From an uncultured virus (IMG/VR IMGVR_UViG_3300030413_000012) (taxonomy: Duplodnaviria > Heunggongvirae > Uroviricota > Caudoviricetes), in the IMG/VR virus record IMGVR_UViG_3300030413_000012: a stretch of 56,155 bases of DNA; one strand, 5' to 3'. The notes beneath the pieces were generated by a model. That model had not been told where the DNA came from, made no database searches, and was given only the letters and a program-made list of their open reading frames with translations. This document shows positions 28,801-39,289 of this stretch, piece by piece (within the stretch, counting starts at the first letter, position 1; the number at the start of each line of letters is the position of its first letter). Position numbers and translations under genes: made by a program.

Positions 28801-29597
28801 GTATCATTATTTATTTTATTATTAACATTTGATGTAAACAATATATTTCCAAAATAATTTAATTCAAGTGTTACTGCACCAGTTGCATTTGTAATATTTA
28901 ATTCTGTTGTTTGTGAACTTTTATTTTGTAATGTAATTGTTCCACTATAACTTGTTGATAACCAGTTTGTAAAATACAAATCACTTGAAACATTTGTCTG
29001 CAATCCTGTAATTGTATAGACACCATTTGGTAAATAAACAGTTTGACCATTTGAAACTGTTTTTGAGGTTCCTTGCCCATTTACTGTTATGTCCCATGTT
29101 CTTGTTTGAGGAAAAATATAAAAAGTTATAAATTGCCCACCACTAACAGTTGTATTGGGTGTTATTAAAAAGTTTTCAACAGATAAATAAACCTTTGACC
29201 CATCCTGTTTTGTATAAGATATAAGACTTATGTGTGCATTTGTCTTTGTTAAAGCTGCAAATATTGTTGAGTTTATTGTAGTTGTAAAATTATATTTATT
29301 TTGTTGTCTAATAATACCCTTTGTATATGTTGAATTTGTCATGGGAAGGGTTGTTGTTAAATTATTTATAAAGAATGTAATGTTTTTGGGATTTGTAAAA
29401 TTGTCAGGTGTTATTACTGATATTAAAGCTGAATTTGAAGTAAGTGATAACACCTTTACTTGACTAATATCAAGTAGTGGTTTTGCATTTAAAGAAGGTG
29501 CTGCAAAATGATAAGCTAATACTATAAACAAGGCTACAAGAACAATAGCAAAACTTATAAGTATTATATTTTCAGCAATAAACTGTCCTTTTATCAT
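25851..29597 (-). CDS. Large type IV pilin-like adhesin (class III signal peptide)
   Basis: MIKG|QFIAE with Q+1 and E+5, then a hydrophobic helix; InlB-B-repeat-like unit (VIITGNANTYYAFSNWT); PPPPPTGGGTGG hinge. Confidence 0.75.
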   Translation of the reverse strand: MIKGQFIAENIILISFAIVLVALFIVLAYHFAAPSLNAKPLLDISQVKVLSLTSNSALISVITPDNFTNPKNITFFINNLTTTLPMTNSTYTKGIIRQQNKYNFTTTINSTIFAALTKTNAHISLISYTKQDGSKVYLSVENFLITPNTTVSGGQFITFYIFPQTRTWDITVNGQGTSKTVSNGQTVYLPNGVYTITGLQTNVSSDLYFTNWLSTSYSGTITLQNKSSQTTELNITNATGAVTLELNYFGNILFTSNVNNKINNDTNITCGVDASRFCIQQSVRNLPYTMYQDAAPYSFNYPAILTKTKTKALAFVDFNTSVSLSCSTGFNLFNPSQTVKSLSFAPCTLQADYEYEYNISVKTSNSSRGNVSIYTPYNNKTITGNNISEFVPKGKSVIITGNANTYYAFSNWTHAGTTITQNPYTFTVVNATNYTANFKISLPTISWEATSNLGGVSTTFSANAIPTNSLIGWSNQTNTATPYTFTFNKTNVFSANTLNTTFGFTWTFAATSSSSGSFVSQNVYCNGDKISNSNSESFNYNWKALNGCQNVTIIANYHVIPPPPPTGGGTGGCSGNNCHVTGTGYLNAAWKNVLISDIYPTAVANNLTTSNLNINNLTVYINNAGKIEMYSNPELNSGNDNFSFYQVSAHSNWGNSFDPVYGNSNGAIFQDIPGDNTTYFYINTKNKFVYNSQNYSINLPESTIQFTYYLKNGTVLKSNKAPPTSTTSLPINITEQEAAILFNQSYPKINKTYIDTISVNASVLFNKIIKSTGTITVYNYPDSIGDISLIPHAVSTNFGYTTVNTSEPYTNITTYYLEGSPTIYSIDINPVKFYYSNYLKNKDYLLTIYDNTTKTYVSGIKNEIISGVTGKTISGLSDKNNYTIIAIYLVPLNITTNLVGQPYSFSTLGWTTVPYNITGGPIFTSFDSSYIKNTSIATQHLFVLPAPSKYINLYSGTTYSLTEGFYNTNNNHFVSSSQTISNNGNYTKCYDSGILDNCLVIGDINGQVSTVTKSGLISTALFSNGTANYDINGPSGNTGISAYTKTFGYTPLVTKQSLQNLNIGPGYDTFFNLSNSYSILPVEPATFNLFYGYAVPIFESYNINITDSPPSTCNNFVTQYQSLYNYLITSKNFYHSCGIIGGTPERVADSQVAGIIIYNTTTQISIAPGTFNTTIPSEPSGVSYGFCNNKVCKTDAYITGFANTKLVNNDGTTNLLYISKSEYILESSTRSISGSSINGYALYENVTT

Positions 29598-29642
29598 TAA
29601 AGTAATATATATGTTTTATTTTAAATATTAATAGTTATAGAA

Positions 29643-30560
29643 TTAGTCAGGTTTTTCTTCTTCATCAATAGGTATTGCTTTCTTTTTATCAGCAAGTTTC
29701 TTTTCAATAATTTTATGTTTTCTTTCTTCAATAGCCAGTGCCTGTGTTTTTTGTGCAAGTTTATTTGCTTTTTCAGCCTCTATCTTTTTTCTTTGTTCTT
29801 CATAGTTTTTTGCTGGCAAAAATAATTCTTTTATAAACTGTTTTATTGCTTCAACTGTTTCACTTTTTTCTTTTTCTGGTTTTATTTTATTTTCCAGTTC
29901 CAACTGTTCAATATCATATTCAGTTTGTGGTGCATTTAAAGGCTGTATGGCTTTCTGTTTAACTAAAGGAATATTGGTTGCTGTTTTAGGCTGAACAACT
30001 TGTTTTTGTTCTTCCTGTGGTTTTTTAATATTTGCAATTGTATTAGAAATTTCTATTTGCAGTGGTTGTATTCCTTTTCCACTATATTGCAGTAATATTT
30101 GATTTTCTCTATCTGCAATAAAATCAGTTTCAGTTACCCCATATTTTGAAAGTTGTGTTTTCATATACACATCAATAAAGGATATTGCTTCATTTATAGT
30201 GTTTATAACATTTTGATTGTTTGTAAATAGAAATTTCTTTATTGTGCAATATATTATTCTATCAGTTCCAATTGAAAAAGTTGTATCAAGAAGGTCTTGA
30301 TTATTTATTATTTTTTGAAAGGTTTCTGGTGAAACTTTAAAAGTTATTGATGCACCAACTATTTGGTTTTCAGCACCTAACACAACATATCTAGACATTT
30401 CAACATCAACAAAACTTTTTACTTTATTAAAAAGAGATTCACCAATGACTCTTGTTATAAGAATTTTTGGTATTAAGTCTGAATTTGAAAATATTATTCT
30501 GTCTGGATTATCAACATAGCTGTAAATACTATTTCCAAGTGAAGTATTGGCATCCATCAT
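29643..30560 (-). CDS. Hypothetical protein with a charged coiled-coil C-terminus
   Basis: 305-aa ORF immediately downstream of VirB4. Confidence 0.7.
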   Translation of the reverse strand: MMDANTSLGNSIYSYVDNPDRIIFSNSDLIPKILITRVIGESLFNKVKSFVDVEMSRYVVLGAENQIVGASITFKVSPETFQKIINNQDLLDTTFSIGTDRIIYCTIKKFLFTNNQNVINTINEAISFIDVYMKTQLSKYGVTETDFIADRENQILLQYSGKGIQPLQIEISNTIANIKKPQEEQKQVVQPKTATNIPLVKQKAIQPLNAPQTEYDIEQLELENKIKPEKEKSETVEAIKQFIKELFLPAKNYEEQRKKIEAEKANKLAQKTQALAIEERKHKIIEKKLADKKKAIPIDEEEKPD

Positions 30561-30693
30561 ATTTTATATATCAATCATCCTTAAATTTTAATCATTCAAA
30601 TAAAAAATAGATTTTTTAATTATAATTATAATTATTATAAATATAATAAGATTAATCCAACCAATAACTAAAAATTAAATAAAAATAGAAACA

Positions 30694-33600
30694 TTAACTG
30701 AATATTTCATGGAAAAGATTTAAATATTCATTAAATCTAAATATATTTTTTGGAACAAGTCCTGAGCTTGATTTAGTATTATATAAATCTGTAAAAAGAA
30801 CATAATACTGTTCAATTTTTTCATTTGCAATATCATTTGTTTGATTTGAAAATTGTGTAAAATATTCTGATAATACTCTTATTTGTATCCTTTTTTCATT
30901 ATATAGTATTTTTTCTTTTAAGAAGTTTTCTTGTTCTTGTGGATATATTATTTCTTTATTTGTATCTATATTGTGAACATAAATGAAATTATTATTTATT
31001 GTTGATTTGCTAAAGTAGTCTTTTTTGGGTGATGGTTCTATTTTTATATTTTCATTTTCAATTGTCCATAATTGAGTTGAATCTGTGCTTGGAACATATA
31101 CATAAAAACTACCATTTGTTTTCATTTCTTTGATTCTAAATGAAATATCATTTTGTTCTTCAATAATGTCACCCAACAATAGATTTGAATATTCTCTTTT
31201 GATTTTTTCTATTAAAAATTTATTATATATTGCAATCTGGTCCTGTAATGAACTTTTTACATAGAACATCTCTGGTCCAAATATTTCTTCAAGTTCTGGT
31301 GAAGCCTGAACTTCTTTATAACCATTTTTTAACAAATAAATTGATTCATCAATATTTATTCCTTCACCAAATATTTGTTCCTTGTTACTATCAAGAGAAT
31401 AAATACCAGCATCTTTTATAACAAAATTTCTAACCTGTTCTTCATTATAAGAAGAACCTGCTATAACACTTCTTTCTATATTTGATTTTATATCTCTAAG
31501 TGTATCAAGTATCAAAGAATAATAACTTATAAGTTTTTCTTCATAATCACTTGAAATACCTTGTTCTTTTTTTGCAGTTATCTCTGTTTCAAGCTCTTCT
31601 ATCTTTTTTCTGTTGTTTATTATTTCAACAGGAAGCATTCTTAACAATGAATCTGGATTTGATTCTGAAAATTTTACTTCATTTTTTGTAAGCATGAATT
31701 TTATTCTATAATTATCATCTTTAAATCTTAATATTCCTCTTGCTGCTTTTCCTTCTGGTGTTAAGGCAAGTTTATTTGAGCCAGCATAATTTTTAAGAAA
31801 ATAAATATCATCATCATTAAGTTTGAAAAGTTGTTTTAATGAATTCATAACTGAATCTTCTCCCTGAATTCTATAAAGATATGCAAATTGGATGTTTTCA
31901 ACCAATGCTCTGCCTTCATCACTATCAAAGTCTTTTATTTGTTGTGTTGTTATTATTAACCCCAATCTAAATTTTCTTGCTGTTTTTGCTATTATTTTTA
32001 TGTATTGTGAACCAAGCATAGACAATACTTTCCAGCCTTCATCAATGAGGAATATCTTGTCTTCTGTTAAACCAGTTTTCATTGTTTTTATAACATAGTT
32101 CATAATTACATAAGTAACCAATATTTGCAATTTTTCTGGTAACCCTGCTGTATTAAAGGCAATAAACTTGTTTGAAAGATTTATATTTGTTTTACCCATA
32201 AACATTGAATACTCTGGAAGTTTTAATGTTTCACAGGCACTTGTAATTAAGGCAAATGCCTTTTTATAATTTGAAAAATTTATGTCTGCTGCTGTATAGG
32301 TTTTATTATACAAATGCAGTTCATTTTTTTCATTAAAAGTTTTATTTATAGCATCAATATATGCAATAAATTCATTAAGGGTTGGCACAGTTTCATTTGT
32401 AATGTCAGTTATTGAATATATATTTTTAGAATTATAAAAACTTATTATTAATGTTGTTAAAAATTGATTATATATAGGTTCTTGTTTTAATTCATTATGT
32501 TTTTCAGTTGTTACAGTTAAAGCTATAAAATCAGCAATATCATTTATTTTTAGTGAAAAGGCAGTTCCACTTCCTTTATCTTCTATTTCATAATCAGCTT
32601 TATCAAAAATATTTAGAGAAAGTTGTGATTTTTTGTTTTCTTGCAAAACATTTATATATTCACCACCAACCATTTTAGTAACATATAAATATTCAGCTTG
32701 GGGGTCAATGATTATTATTTTTCTATTTTTAAATATAAGATTTCTTGTTAAGAAAGCCTTTGAGGTTGCTGATTTTCCAGAACCCATCATCCCTATTATT
32801 ATACCATTTTGAGAATCAAGGTCCCACAAATCTTTTAGTATTGGCTGACCAGTTCCTATGTAATTTCCAAATATAACTTTATCTGAATTTATAAAAGAGG
32901 GATAAACAAATGGATACAAATGTCCAGTTGCATCATTAACAGAATAAATATAATACATGTAAGTTACAGGGTCAAGTGTATTTATATAATCAAACATTGT
33001 AAACTGTTGTCTATTAGTTGTTTTTTCAAGAATATGTCCTTGTTGTTGTATTGAATGTCTAAAATTTTCATATTCTGGTTGTATTACATTTGTAAAATCA
33101 GAATTTTCATATTTTTTTCTAAAAGCAACATTAAACCTAGTAACAGTTGAGTTTATATCATTTTCAATATTGGTTTGTGTATATTGTAAAAGTTTTAACA
33201 TGCTTTGTGATTCTTTAAGAAGTCTTTCTGCTTTGCTATCTTGCTTATTCACTCTTAATTCTTCTTGATATGTGTTTATTGCTGTTGTTAAATATAAAAT
33301 ATCTCCTCTGATTTTTCTTAGCATTTCATATTTTGGAATATTTTCAAATTTCAAATAATAATCACTATTATCTGAAACAGCATTTGAAACAAATGTTTCT
33401 GGAATTGAAACATTTGCAAGATTAGTTATTTTGAATATTGTTGAAACTGTATTGTCAATTACAGAATATGTTGGTTTAAAAATAACAAAATGAAGACTTA
33501 GTTTTCCCTTTGCTTTAAATAAATTATCATAAAATATTTTTACAGGTGTAATAGTTGCTTTGAATTTTAAATTATCATTGAATTTAATGTTTTGAATTTC

Positions 33601-33696
33601 TTTTCTATAAAGAAAATCATTTAATTTTGTGTGCTGAAGCTGCACAGGATTAAAAACATATTCTAAAACTTGTGATATTTTATTATTAAGCTTCAC
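30694..33696 (-). CDS. virB4: VirB4/TrsE-like type IV secretion ATPase
   Basis: Walker A GMMGSGKS, IIIIDPQAEY...VGGEYI, LNIFD, Walker B IFLIDEGW, ARKFRLGLIITTQ. Confidence 0.9.
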   Translation of the reverse strand: MKLNNKISQVLEYVFNPVQLQHTKLNDFLYRKEIQNIKFNDNLKFKATITPVKIFYDNLFKAKGKLSLHFVIFKPTYSVIDNTVSTIFKITNLANVSIPETFVSNAVSDNSDYYLKFENIPKYEMLRKIRGDILYLTTAINTYQEELRVNKQDSKAERLLKESQSMLKLLQYTQTNIENDINSTVTRFNVAFRKKYENSDFTNVIQPEYENFRHSIQQQGHILEKTTNRQQFTMFDYINTLDPVTYMYYIYSVNDATGHLYPFVYPSFINSDKVIFGNYIGTGQPILKDLWDLDSQNGIIIGMMGSGKSATSKAFLTRNLIFKNRKIIIIDPQAEYLYVTKMVGGEYINVLQENKKSQLSLNIFDKADYEIEDKGSGTAFSLKINDIADFIALTVTTEKHNELKQEPIYNQFLTTLIISFYNSKNIYSITDITNETVPTLNEFIAYIDAINKTFNEKNELHLYNKTYTAADINFSNYKKAFALITSACETLKLPEYSMFMGKTNINLSNKFIAFNTAGLPEKLQILVTYVIMNYVIKTMKTGLTEDKIFLIDEGWKVLSMLGSQYIKIIAKTARKFRLGLIITTQQIKDFDSDEGRALVENIQFAYLYRIQGEDSVMNSLKQLFKLNDDDIYFLKNYAGSNKLALTPEGKAARGILRFKDDNYRIKFMLTKNEVKFSESNPDSLLRMLPVEIINNRKKIEELETEITAKKEQGISSDYEEKLISYYSLILDTLRDIKSNIERSVIAGSSYNEEQVRNFVIKDAGIYSLDSNKEQIFGEGINIDESIYLLKNGYKEVQASPELEEIFGPEMFYVKSSLQDQIAIYNKFLIEKIKREYSNLLLGDIIEEQNDISFRIKEMKTNGSFYVYVPSTDSTQLWTIENENIKIEPSPKKDYFSKSTINNNFIYVHNIDTNKEIIYPQEQENFLKEKILYNEKRIQIRVLSEYFTQFSNQTNDIANEKIEQYYVLFTDLYNTKSSSGLVPKNIFRFNEYLNLFHEIFS

Positions 33697-35230
33697 CCAA
33701 CCACCTGTTTGTTTTTGACAATTCTTTCATTTTTGAAATTTGACTATTGTCATCAGTTGTTATTATATTTACATTCTTAAAAATTTGATAAACATTATAA
33801 ATATGAAACAGTGGTTTACTATGTATAAAGAAACCACTTGTATCATATGATAAATCAAACAATTTAAGTGTTTCCTTTTTGGATGGTGGAAGCAGTCTTA
33901 TTTCAAGATTGGCTTTTTTAGCATCATTTACAAATTCAGTTAATTGATTTTTAAAAATTAAATGATTTATAGCATATTCACCAACAGAATATGCTTTTTC
34001 AGCATTATCAAGTAGTTTATTTTTTATTTTTAAATAATAGTCCTCATTGTTTTTTATTTCTTCTCTGTATGCTTCAAGCAATCTTGGTGATTCCTCTTCT
34101 TTTGATATTATTGTGCTTAATTTTAATCTTCCTATTTTTATTTTATTGTCAATATAAGATATAAGTTCATCTTTATTTATTTCTTGTATTTTCAAAATTA
34201 TATCAAAATTTCCACTAAGGTCATCAATATACTTCATAAAATTTTCATTATAATTTGTCATTGTTTTTGTTCCTGCTACAAAATATATCTGTGATTTTGA
34301 AACTGAACTTACAATTGTTGAATTGTTACTTATTTCAACATAATCAAAATTTTTTATAAGTGGTTTTATTATATCAAAATATTTTTCACCATTTCTTCCT
34401 GGTGCAATAAGTTCATTATATACATCAACCATTGTCATGTATTTGTCTCCAAAATAAATTGATTCATACAAAAAACTATTAAACAACCCAGTTATCTCAT
34501 CTGTTCCAGTTAATGTATATAACTTGGCTTCTGTTTCAAGTTGCATAATTGTATTTTTATTTTGTGCTGTTATATTTTGTTCTTCATCAGTCTGTGTATT
34601 ATAAATATCAAGAGATGGAAGAATTATGTTTTCATATAAATATTTTGATATGTCATTATTTTTTATTTTCAATTCTTGTATTCTTTTATTATATTCTAAA
34701 AAGGATAGTTTTTCAATACCTTTTGTCATATCATTATATTCTTTGAAGTATTTTTCTTTTTCTTTTTTATATTTTAATTGAACTTCTTTTATTTTATTTG
34801 GTTTTAATCCAATTTTTAAAGGCACAAAAACATAAACCACTTTTTTAGGTTTTATATGGTTAGTCACTTGTTTTAACTCTTCACTAAAATCATTATATAA
34901 TGCATCATATTTTTTAAATTTGTTATATATTTTGTTGCTACTTGTTTCTATTTCTTCTTCAGTTTTTGAAAGATAGTCCTGTGTTTGAAATTCTTTCATA
35001 ACAAAATTTTTGTGAAGTGGTGCAAATATTTCTGCAAGATAATTTTGAGTTTTTACAACAATTATAATTCCTTGAATGTTTTTGAAAAGCACAGGCATCT
35101 TGTTTAGGGCTTCTTCTTGGGTTATTTTATATCCTTTGTAGAATATGTTTGATTTAAAATCAACAAGTGTATCATCTGTAATTGCAAAATTACTTCCAAA
35201 CAAAAAATCTTCACTATTTTTTTGTATCAC
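33686..35230 (-). CDS. T4SS protein resembling a stand-alone VirB4/TrsE N-terminal domain
   Basis: Overlaps the virB4 start. The segment DDLSGNFDIILKIQEINKDELI...KNKLLDNAEKAYSVGEY resembles the TrsE N-terminal pattern; no Walker motifs. Confidence 0.45.
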   Translation of the reverse strand: MIQKNSEDFLFGSNFAITDDTLVDFKSNIFYKGYKITQEEALNKMPVLFKNIQGIIIVVKTQNYLAEIFAPLHKNFVMKEFQTQDYLSKTEEEIETSSNKIYNKFKKYDALYNDFSEELKQVTNHIKPKKVVYVFVPLKIGLKPNKIKEVQLKYKKEKEKYFKEYNDMTKGIEKLSFLEYNKRIQELKIKNNDISKYLYENIILPSLDIYNTQTDEEQNITAQNKNTIMQLETEAKLYTLTGTDEITGLFNSFLYESIYFGDKYMTMVDVYNELIAPGRNGEKYFDIIKPLIKNFDYVEISNNSTIVSSVSKSQIYFVAGTKTMTNYNENFMKYIDDLSGNFDIILKIQEINKDELISYIDNKIKIGRLKLSTIISKEEESPRLLEAYREEIKNNEDYYLKIKNKLLDNAEKAYSVGEYAINHLIFKNQLTEFVNDAKKANLEIRLLPPSKKETLKLFDLSYDTSGFFIHSKPLFHIYNVYQIFKNVNIITTDDNSQISKMKELSKTNRWLGEA

Positions 35231-35258
35231 ACTATCACTATTTATTTGATTATTAAAT

Positions 35259-36095
35259 TTAAAAATCTGAAATTATAGGTAATTTTGCAGAAGTTTCATA
35301 ACCAGGTGAAACTGTTAAATCTTTTAGATATGTATAAATTTCTTCTCCTGTCAAAAATTCTGGCATTCTTTCAGTTGATATATTAAATCTACTTGTAACT
35401 AATTGATTATAAAATTGTTGAACTGGTGTTGTAATTGCAGAATCTTTTGTTTTTGCTGGAAATCTCAGTTCAATATAATAATCAAAATCATCAACACTAG
35501 AAGTTATGTCAATATATTCTTTTGTAAAATTTTTATAGTATTCATCATAAATTATGTTTTGAGACAAAACATCAGAATTCTTAACTGTAAAATAATCAAA
35601 ATAATTTTTAATATTTAATTTTTTATTTATTACTCTAAAAATAATTTTTGGGATATAATTACTATTGTATATTATTAAACTATTAAACTCTTCTTTTATA
35701 AATTCTCTTATTTCATCAGGTTGGTCAAAATAAGTGCCTGAATAAACCTTTATAACTGTTATTTTTTCATCCATTGTTGTAACAATGTTATTATTTATTG
35801 TTTTTATCCTTGAAAACAAATATTTTGTTATAAAGGATTGGTCATATTTAGATAAAGTTGGTGTTATTAAATTATAAACCAAAGTATCAAGTGGTGTTAA
35901 CAATAATAGTGCAAGTGGACCAATTATAGCAAAAATAACAATTCCAGCAATTAAATTAAATTTTAGAAACATTAATAGAAATATTCCTATAAGAAAAACT
36001 AAAACAAGAAACATTCCTGTTTTTAGTGGTAAATTAACTATAGTATCATAATCAACATTTTTGTAGCCAAAAATTGAATTTGGATTGTCCATCAT
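35259..36095 (-). CDS. PrgI/VirB3-like plus TrsD-like T4SS protein
   Basis: Two N-terminal TMs, then VIKVYSGTYFDQPDEIREFIKEEFNSLI...YYIEL, like proteins preceding VirB4 in Gram-positive/archaeal T4SS. Confidence 0.55.
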   Translation of the reverse strand: MMDNPNSIFGYKNVDYDTIVNLPLKTGMFLVLVFLIGIFLLMFLKFNLIAGIVIFAIIGPLALLLLTPLDTLVYNLITPTLSKYDQSFITKYLFSRIKTINNNIVTTMDEKITVIKVYSGTYFDQPDEIREFIKEEFNSLIIYNSNYIPKIIFRVINKKLNIKNYFDYFTVKNSDVLSQNIIYDEYYKNFTKEYIDITSSVDDFDYYIELRFPAKTKDSAITTPVQQFYNQLVTSRFNISTERMPEFLTGEEIYTYLKDLTVSPGYETSAKLPIISDF

Positions 36096-36153
36096 TTAAA
36101 ATAATGGTATTGTTACTTAAAAATTGAAAAATTAAAAAGAAGAAGAAAAATAA

Positions 36154-36573
36154 TTAAGGGCAACTTAATGCTACTGGTAATACTGCAACTATAAAAGCAA
36201 GTATTACACCAACTATTACTCCAACAACTAAAAGATTTATAAACTGTCCAATAGATACTGGTGCATCAGCACTTTCAGCTTCATGGACCTTTCTAGTATA
36301 TATTGAAAGAGTTGCTATTCCACCTATAATAACAGGAAGTAAAAAGGCAGCCATAACATGTAAACCTGTTCCACCAAAATCATTACTTAATTTACAAAAG
36401 GGGGTAGTAATAACTGAACTATTGGTGCTGGGGGTGCTAGCAAATACTGGCATAACTATAAGTTGTGCAATTATTAGTGTTAAAACCAATAACTGCCTCA
36501 TTGCTATTATTTTTCCAAGTAGACTGATTTTTTTAGTTTTTATTATTTTTTTATTTGTTTGTTTTCCAAACAT
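36154..36573 (-). CDS. VirB2/TrbC-like conjugative pilin
   Basis: Signal peptide ending PVFA, then a two-TM hairpin with a Cys near each end; canonical position upstream of VirB3/VirB4. Confidence 0.55.
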   Translation of the reverse strand: MFGKQTNKKIIKTKKISLLGKIIAMRQLLVLTLIIAQLIVMPVFASTPSTNSSVITTPFCKLSNDFGGTGLHVMAAFLLPVIIGGIATLSIYTRKVHEAESADAPVSIGQFINLLVVGVIVGVILAFIVAVLPVALSCP

Positions 36574-36618
36574 AATATCACAATCAATTGTATTAAATTA
36601 TAATACCTTAAAATCTTT

Positions 36619-39273
36619 TTAAGTTCTATTTTTATATTCATCTGAAATCCTTAAAATTTCAAGAATCATTTTTCTATTATTTTCAGAATTATAATTATCA
36701 ATATATTCAGTTATAAACAGTCTTGCATCTGTTGAAAATTGTCTGTTAACTTCTATTAACATCATTATTTTTTCTATAAATTGTAAAGTGTTTGTTGAAA
36801 AAGCTTTTGTATTTAATTCATTATCTGGAAGTGAAAGCTGTTCACTAAGTGATGGTTCTAACACATCAGTTAAATAATTTCTTATTTTTATTTCATCTTG
36901 TTCTGTGAAAGAAGCAAGCACAAGTTTTCCTTCATTATTTAATAAATCAAATCCTATTTTTAATGGTGCTAACTGTATTTTTAATTCAGTATTACTTACA
37001 AAATTTTGTGCAAGATATGGTTGTATTTCTGCTGAATATTTATCTTTACCATATTCCATTATATCTGGCAGTTGTGCCCTATTAGGAAATGACTTTATTG
37101 CAGTGGTATCTCTTGAAAGATAATTTCCATCTTCATCAACAAAAAAGTTATCATTATCATATGTAAAAGTAAGCATGAGTGTATTTATAAACTGAAGTAT
37201 ATATTTGTTGAATATTTTTGAGAACCTTGTTTTTTGTGAACTGACATCACCTGATTGTTGCCCAAATAAAACATAATTTCCCAGAGACTCCTGTTTACCA
37301 AAACTTTTCATAAATATTCTCTGGCTGGAAAATATCCATCCTCTATTTCTTAATCTGTCTGTTCTTTGTGCATCTGTCAATACCTTATTTAACACAGCAT
37401 CATCATTTAGATAGTGTGCTTCATCAATAAATACAGCAGTATAACATTCATTTTCAACCATTCCTGGTATTTTTAGTTTTTCACCTCTAACCAATAGATA
37501 ATATATATAAATAATATAAAAACCAACCAAGTCAGGATTAGTTCTTATTGTTATGTAAAAATTGGTCTTCATATTTGATACAATATTTGTTAATATTGTG
37601 TAAAGATTTATTCCATTCTCAAAATCTATTATTTTTTTAGCCAAATTATTATCATATACATTATTTATAAATCTTAATTCTTCACTATCTGGTTTCAAGT
37701 CTTTTCCAAACATTGAATAGTCATGTATCCAATTTGCAAAATCAAAATTTGTTGGAAATACAGAAAATCCTGTTTTTTCCATAAAAGTTATTATTTTATT
37801 TGTTACAAAATCAGCAATAACAGAAATAAACTTATCTGATGATATTGAACTCTTTTGTGATAAAACTCTAAAATAAACAGTTAACATTAAATTTAATCCT
37901 TCTTTATATTCTTGTTTTCCAGCATTATATTCAGCACTATTTTCTTTCCCATTTTTTTGTTCTTGTGTTAATTTTACAAGTTCTAGTCTTAATTGATTGT
38001 CAAGTATATTTAGTGTTGTAAAGCTTCTTATGTTTTCAAGTTCATCAGGATTATTATATATAACAATTGGAACAATATCATTTCCAAATCTATTTTTAAA
38101 TCCTCCAATACTTGGGTTTAAAAGTTTTAATGCTTCTTGTGGAATGTCTTCTTTTGTAAACATTATATTCTTTTCTGGTTTCAATGTTCCCTTATATCTT
38201 TCTGAATTCATTATCTCATTTAATATTCTGTCAGAACTTTCAGGTTTTTTAATCAGGGTTGAACTATAGTCTATACTTCCACTTTTTATATCAAATGCAA
38301 AAATATTTACACCATGATACAATAAACTGTGTATCAAATTATTATTAAATGATGTTTTACCACTACCAGTTTTTCCAGATATAAACATATGTGTTGTTAA
38401 AATTTTGTTAAAATCTTTTGGTGAGAAATAAATTTTTACTGGTGCTTTATTTTGATTTATATCATATTCCCAACTATATGTATTATCAACACTATTACCA
38501 TCAACTTTTATTTTATAACCAACAAAATAATGAGGGTCTATTTTTGTTTTATGTTGTGATTTTATTTCTTTAACTTTTTGTGTTATATCAGACATTGGTT
38601 CTGAAAGTATTTTTGTGTTTGATGTAAAAAATTCTGTTGCTACTGTGTTTTCTGATTTTGATGATTTTTTAACTTCTTCTGTTTCTTTTTTATCAAATAC
38701 TGTTTTTTCTGGTTCAACCTGTTGTTCAGTTATAATTTGTTCTTTTTTAATTGAACTTTTTTTAAAATTGTCAGCAGGTCCATTTTCATAATCTTCAAAC
38801 TGAACTTCTTTATAATTTAAAAGACTAATACTATTTATTTTTTTGATTCCTTCAACTGATGCACTTAATATTATTCTTGCAAGAGAGTCATCAATAAGTG
38901 TTTTCCCAATTCCAAATTTATCAATAATTGTTCCAAGTTCTTTATAATTATCTATTGTAAAAGTTGTTTCAGCAACAGCATATTTTACAGAATCAATGTC
39001 AAATAATATAATTATTGAAAGGTCATCTCCATTGTCATTTTTAAAAAGAAATTTTGATTGGGAATCAAAGGCAGTTATTACAAAAGAATATAATAATATA
39101 TCATTTCCAGTAATGAAATATACATCTTTTTCTTTTGTTTTAAATCTATATAAAGAATATCTTTTATTACCAAAAACCATAGAAGTGATTGGACTTATGT
39201 CAACATTATTTGACCTTTTAACTGGTTTTTCAGTTAGGTCAGTTTCTTTTTTCAAAAATGGAAAATTCATCAA
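36619..39273 (-). CDS. FtsK/HerA-superfamily ATPase, candidate coupling protein (VirD4/TraG-like) or HerA-like translocase
   Basis: HMFISGKTGSGKTS, FAFDIKSG, Walker B VFIDEAHY, RLRNRGWIFSSQR; no obvious N-terminal TM. Confidence 0.75.
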   Translation of the reverse strand: MMNFPFLKKETDLTEKPVKRSNNVDISPITSMVFGNKRYSLYRFKTKEKDVYFITGNDILLYSFVITAFDSQSKFLFKNDNGDDLSIIILFDIDSVKYAVAETTFTIDNYKELGTIIDKFGIGKTLIDDSLARIILSASVEGIKKINSISLLNYKEVQFEDYENGPADNFKKSSIKKEQIITEQQVEPEKTVFDKKETEEVKKSSKSENTVATEFFTSNTKILSEPMSDITQKVKEIKSQHKTKIDPHYFVGYKIKVDGNSVDNTYSWEYDINQNKAPVKIYFSPKDFNKILTTHMFISGKTGSGKTSFNNNLIHSLLYHGVNIFAFDIKSGSIDYSSTLIKKPESSDRILNEIMNSERYKGTLKPEKNIMFTKEDIPQEALKLLNPSIGGFKNRFGNDIVPIVIYNNPDELENIRSFTTLNILDNQLRLELVKLTQEQKNGKENSAEYNAGKQEYKEGLNLMLTVYFRVLSQKSSISSDKFISVIADFVTNKIITFMEKTGFSVFPTNFDFANWIHDYSMFGKDLKPDSEELRFINNVYDNNLAKKIIDFENGINLYTILTNIVSNMKTNFYITIRTNPDLVGFYIIYIYYLLVRGEKLKIPGMVENECYTAVFIDEAHYLNDDAVLNKVLTDAQRTDRLRNRGWIFSSQRIFMKSFGKQESLGNYVLFGQQSGDVSSQKTRFSKIFNKYILQFINTLMLTFTYDNDNFFVDEDGNYLSRDTTAIKSFPNRAQLPDIMEYGKDKYSAEIQPYLAQNFVSNTELKIQLAPLKIGFDLLNNEGKLVLASFTEQDEIKIRNYLTDVLEPSLSEQLSLPDNELNTKAFSTNTLQFIEKIMMLIEVNRQFSTDARLFITEYIDNYNSENNRKMILEILRISDEYKNRT

Positions 39274-39289
39274 TAATAATTAATAACTG

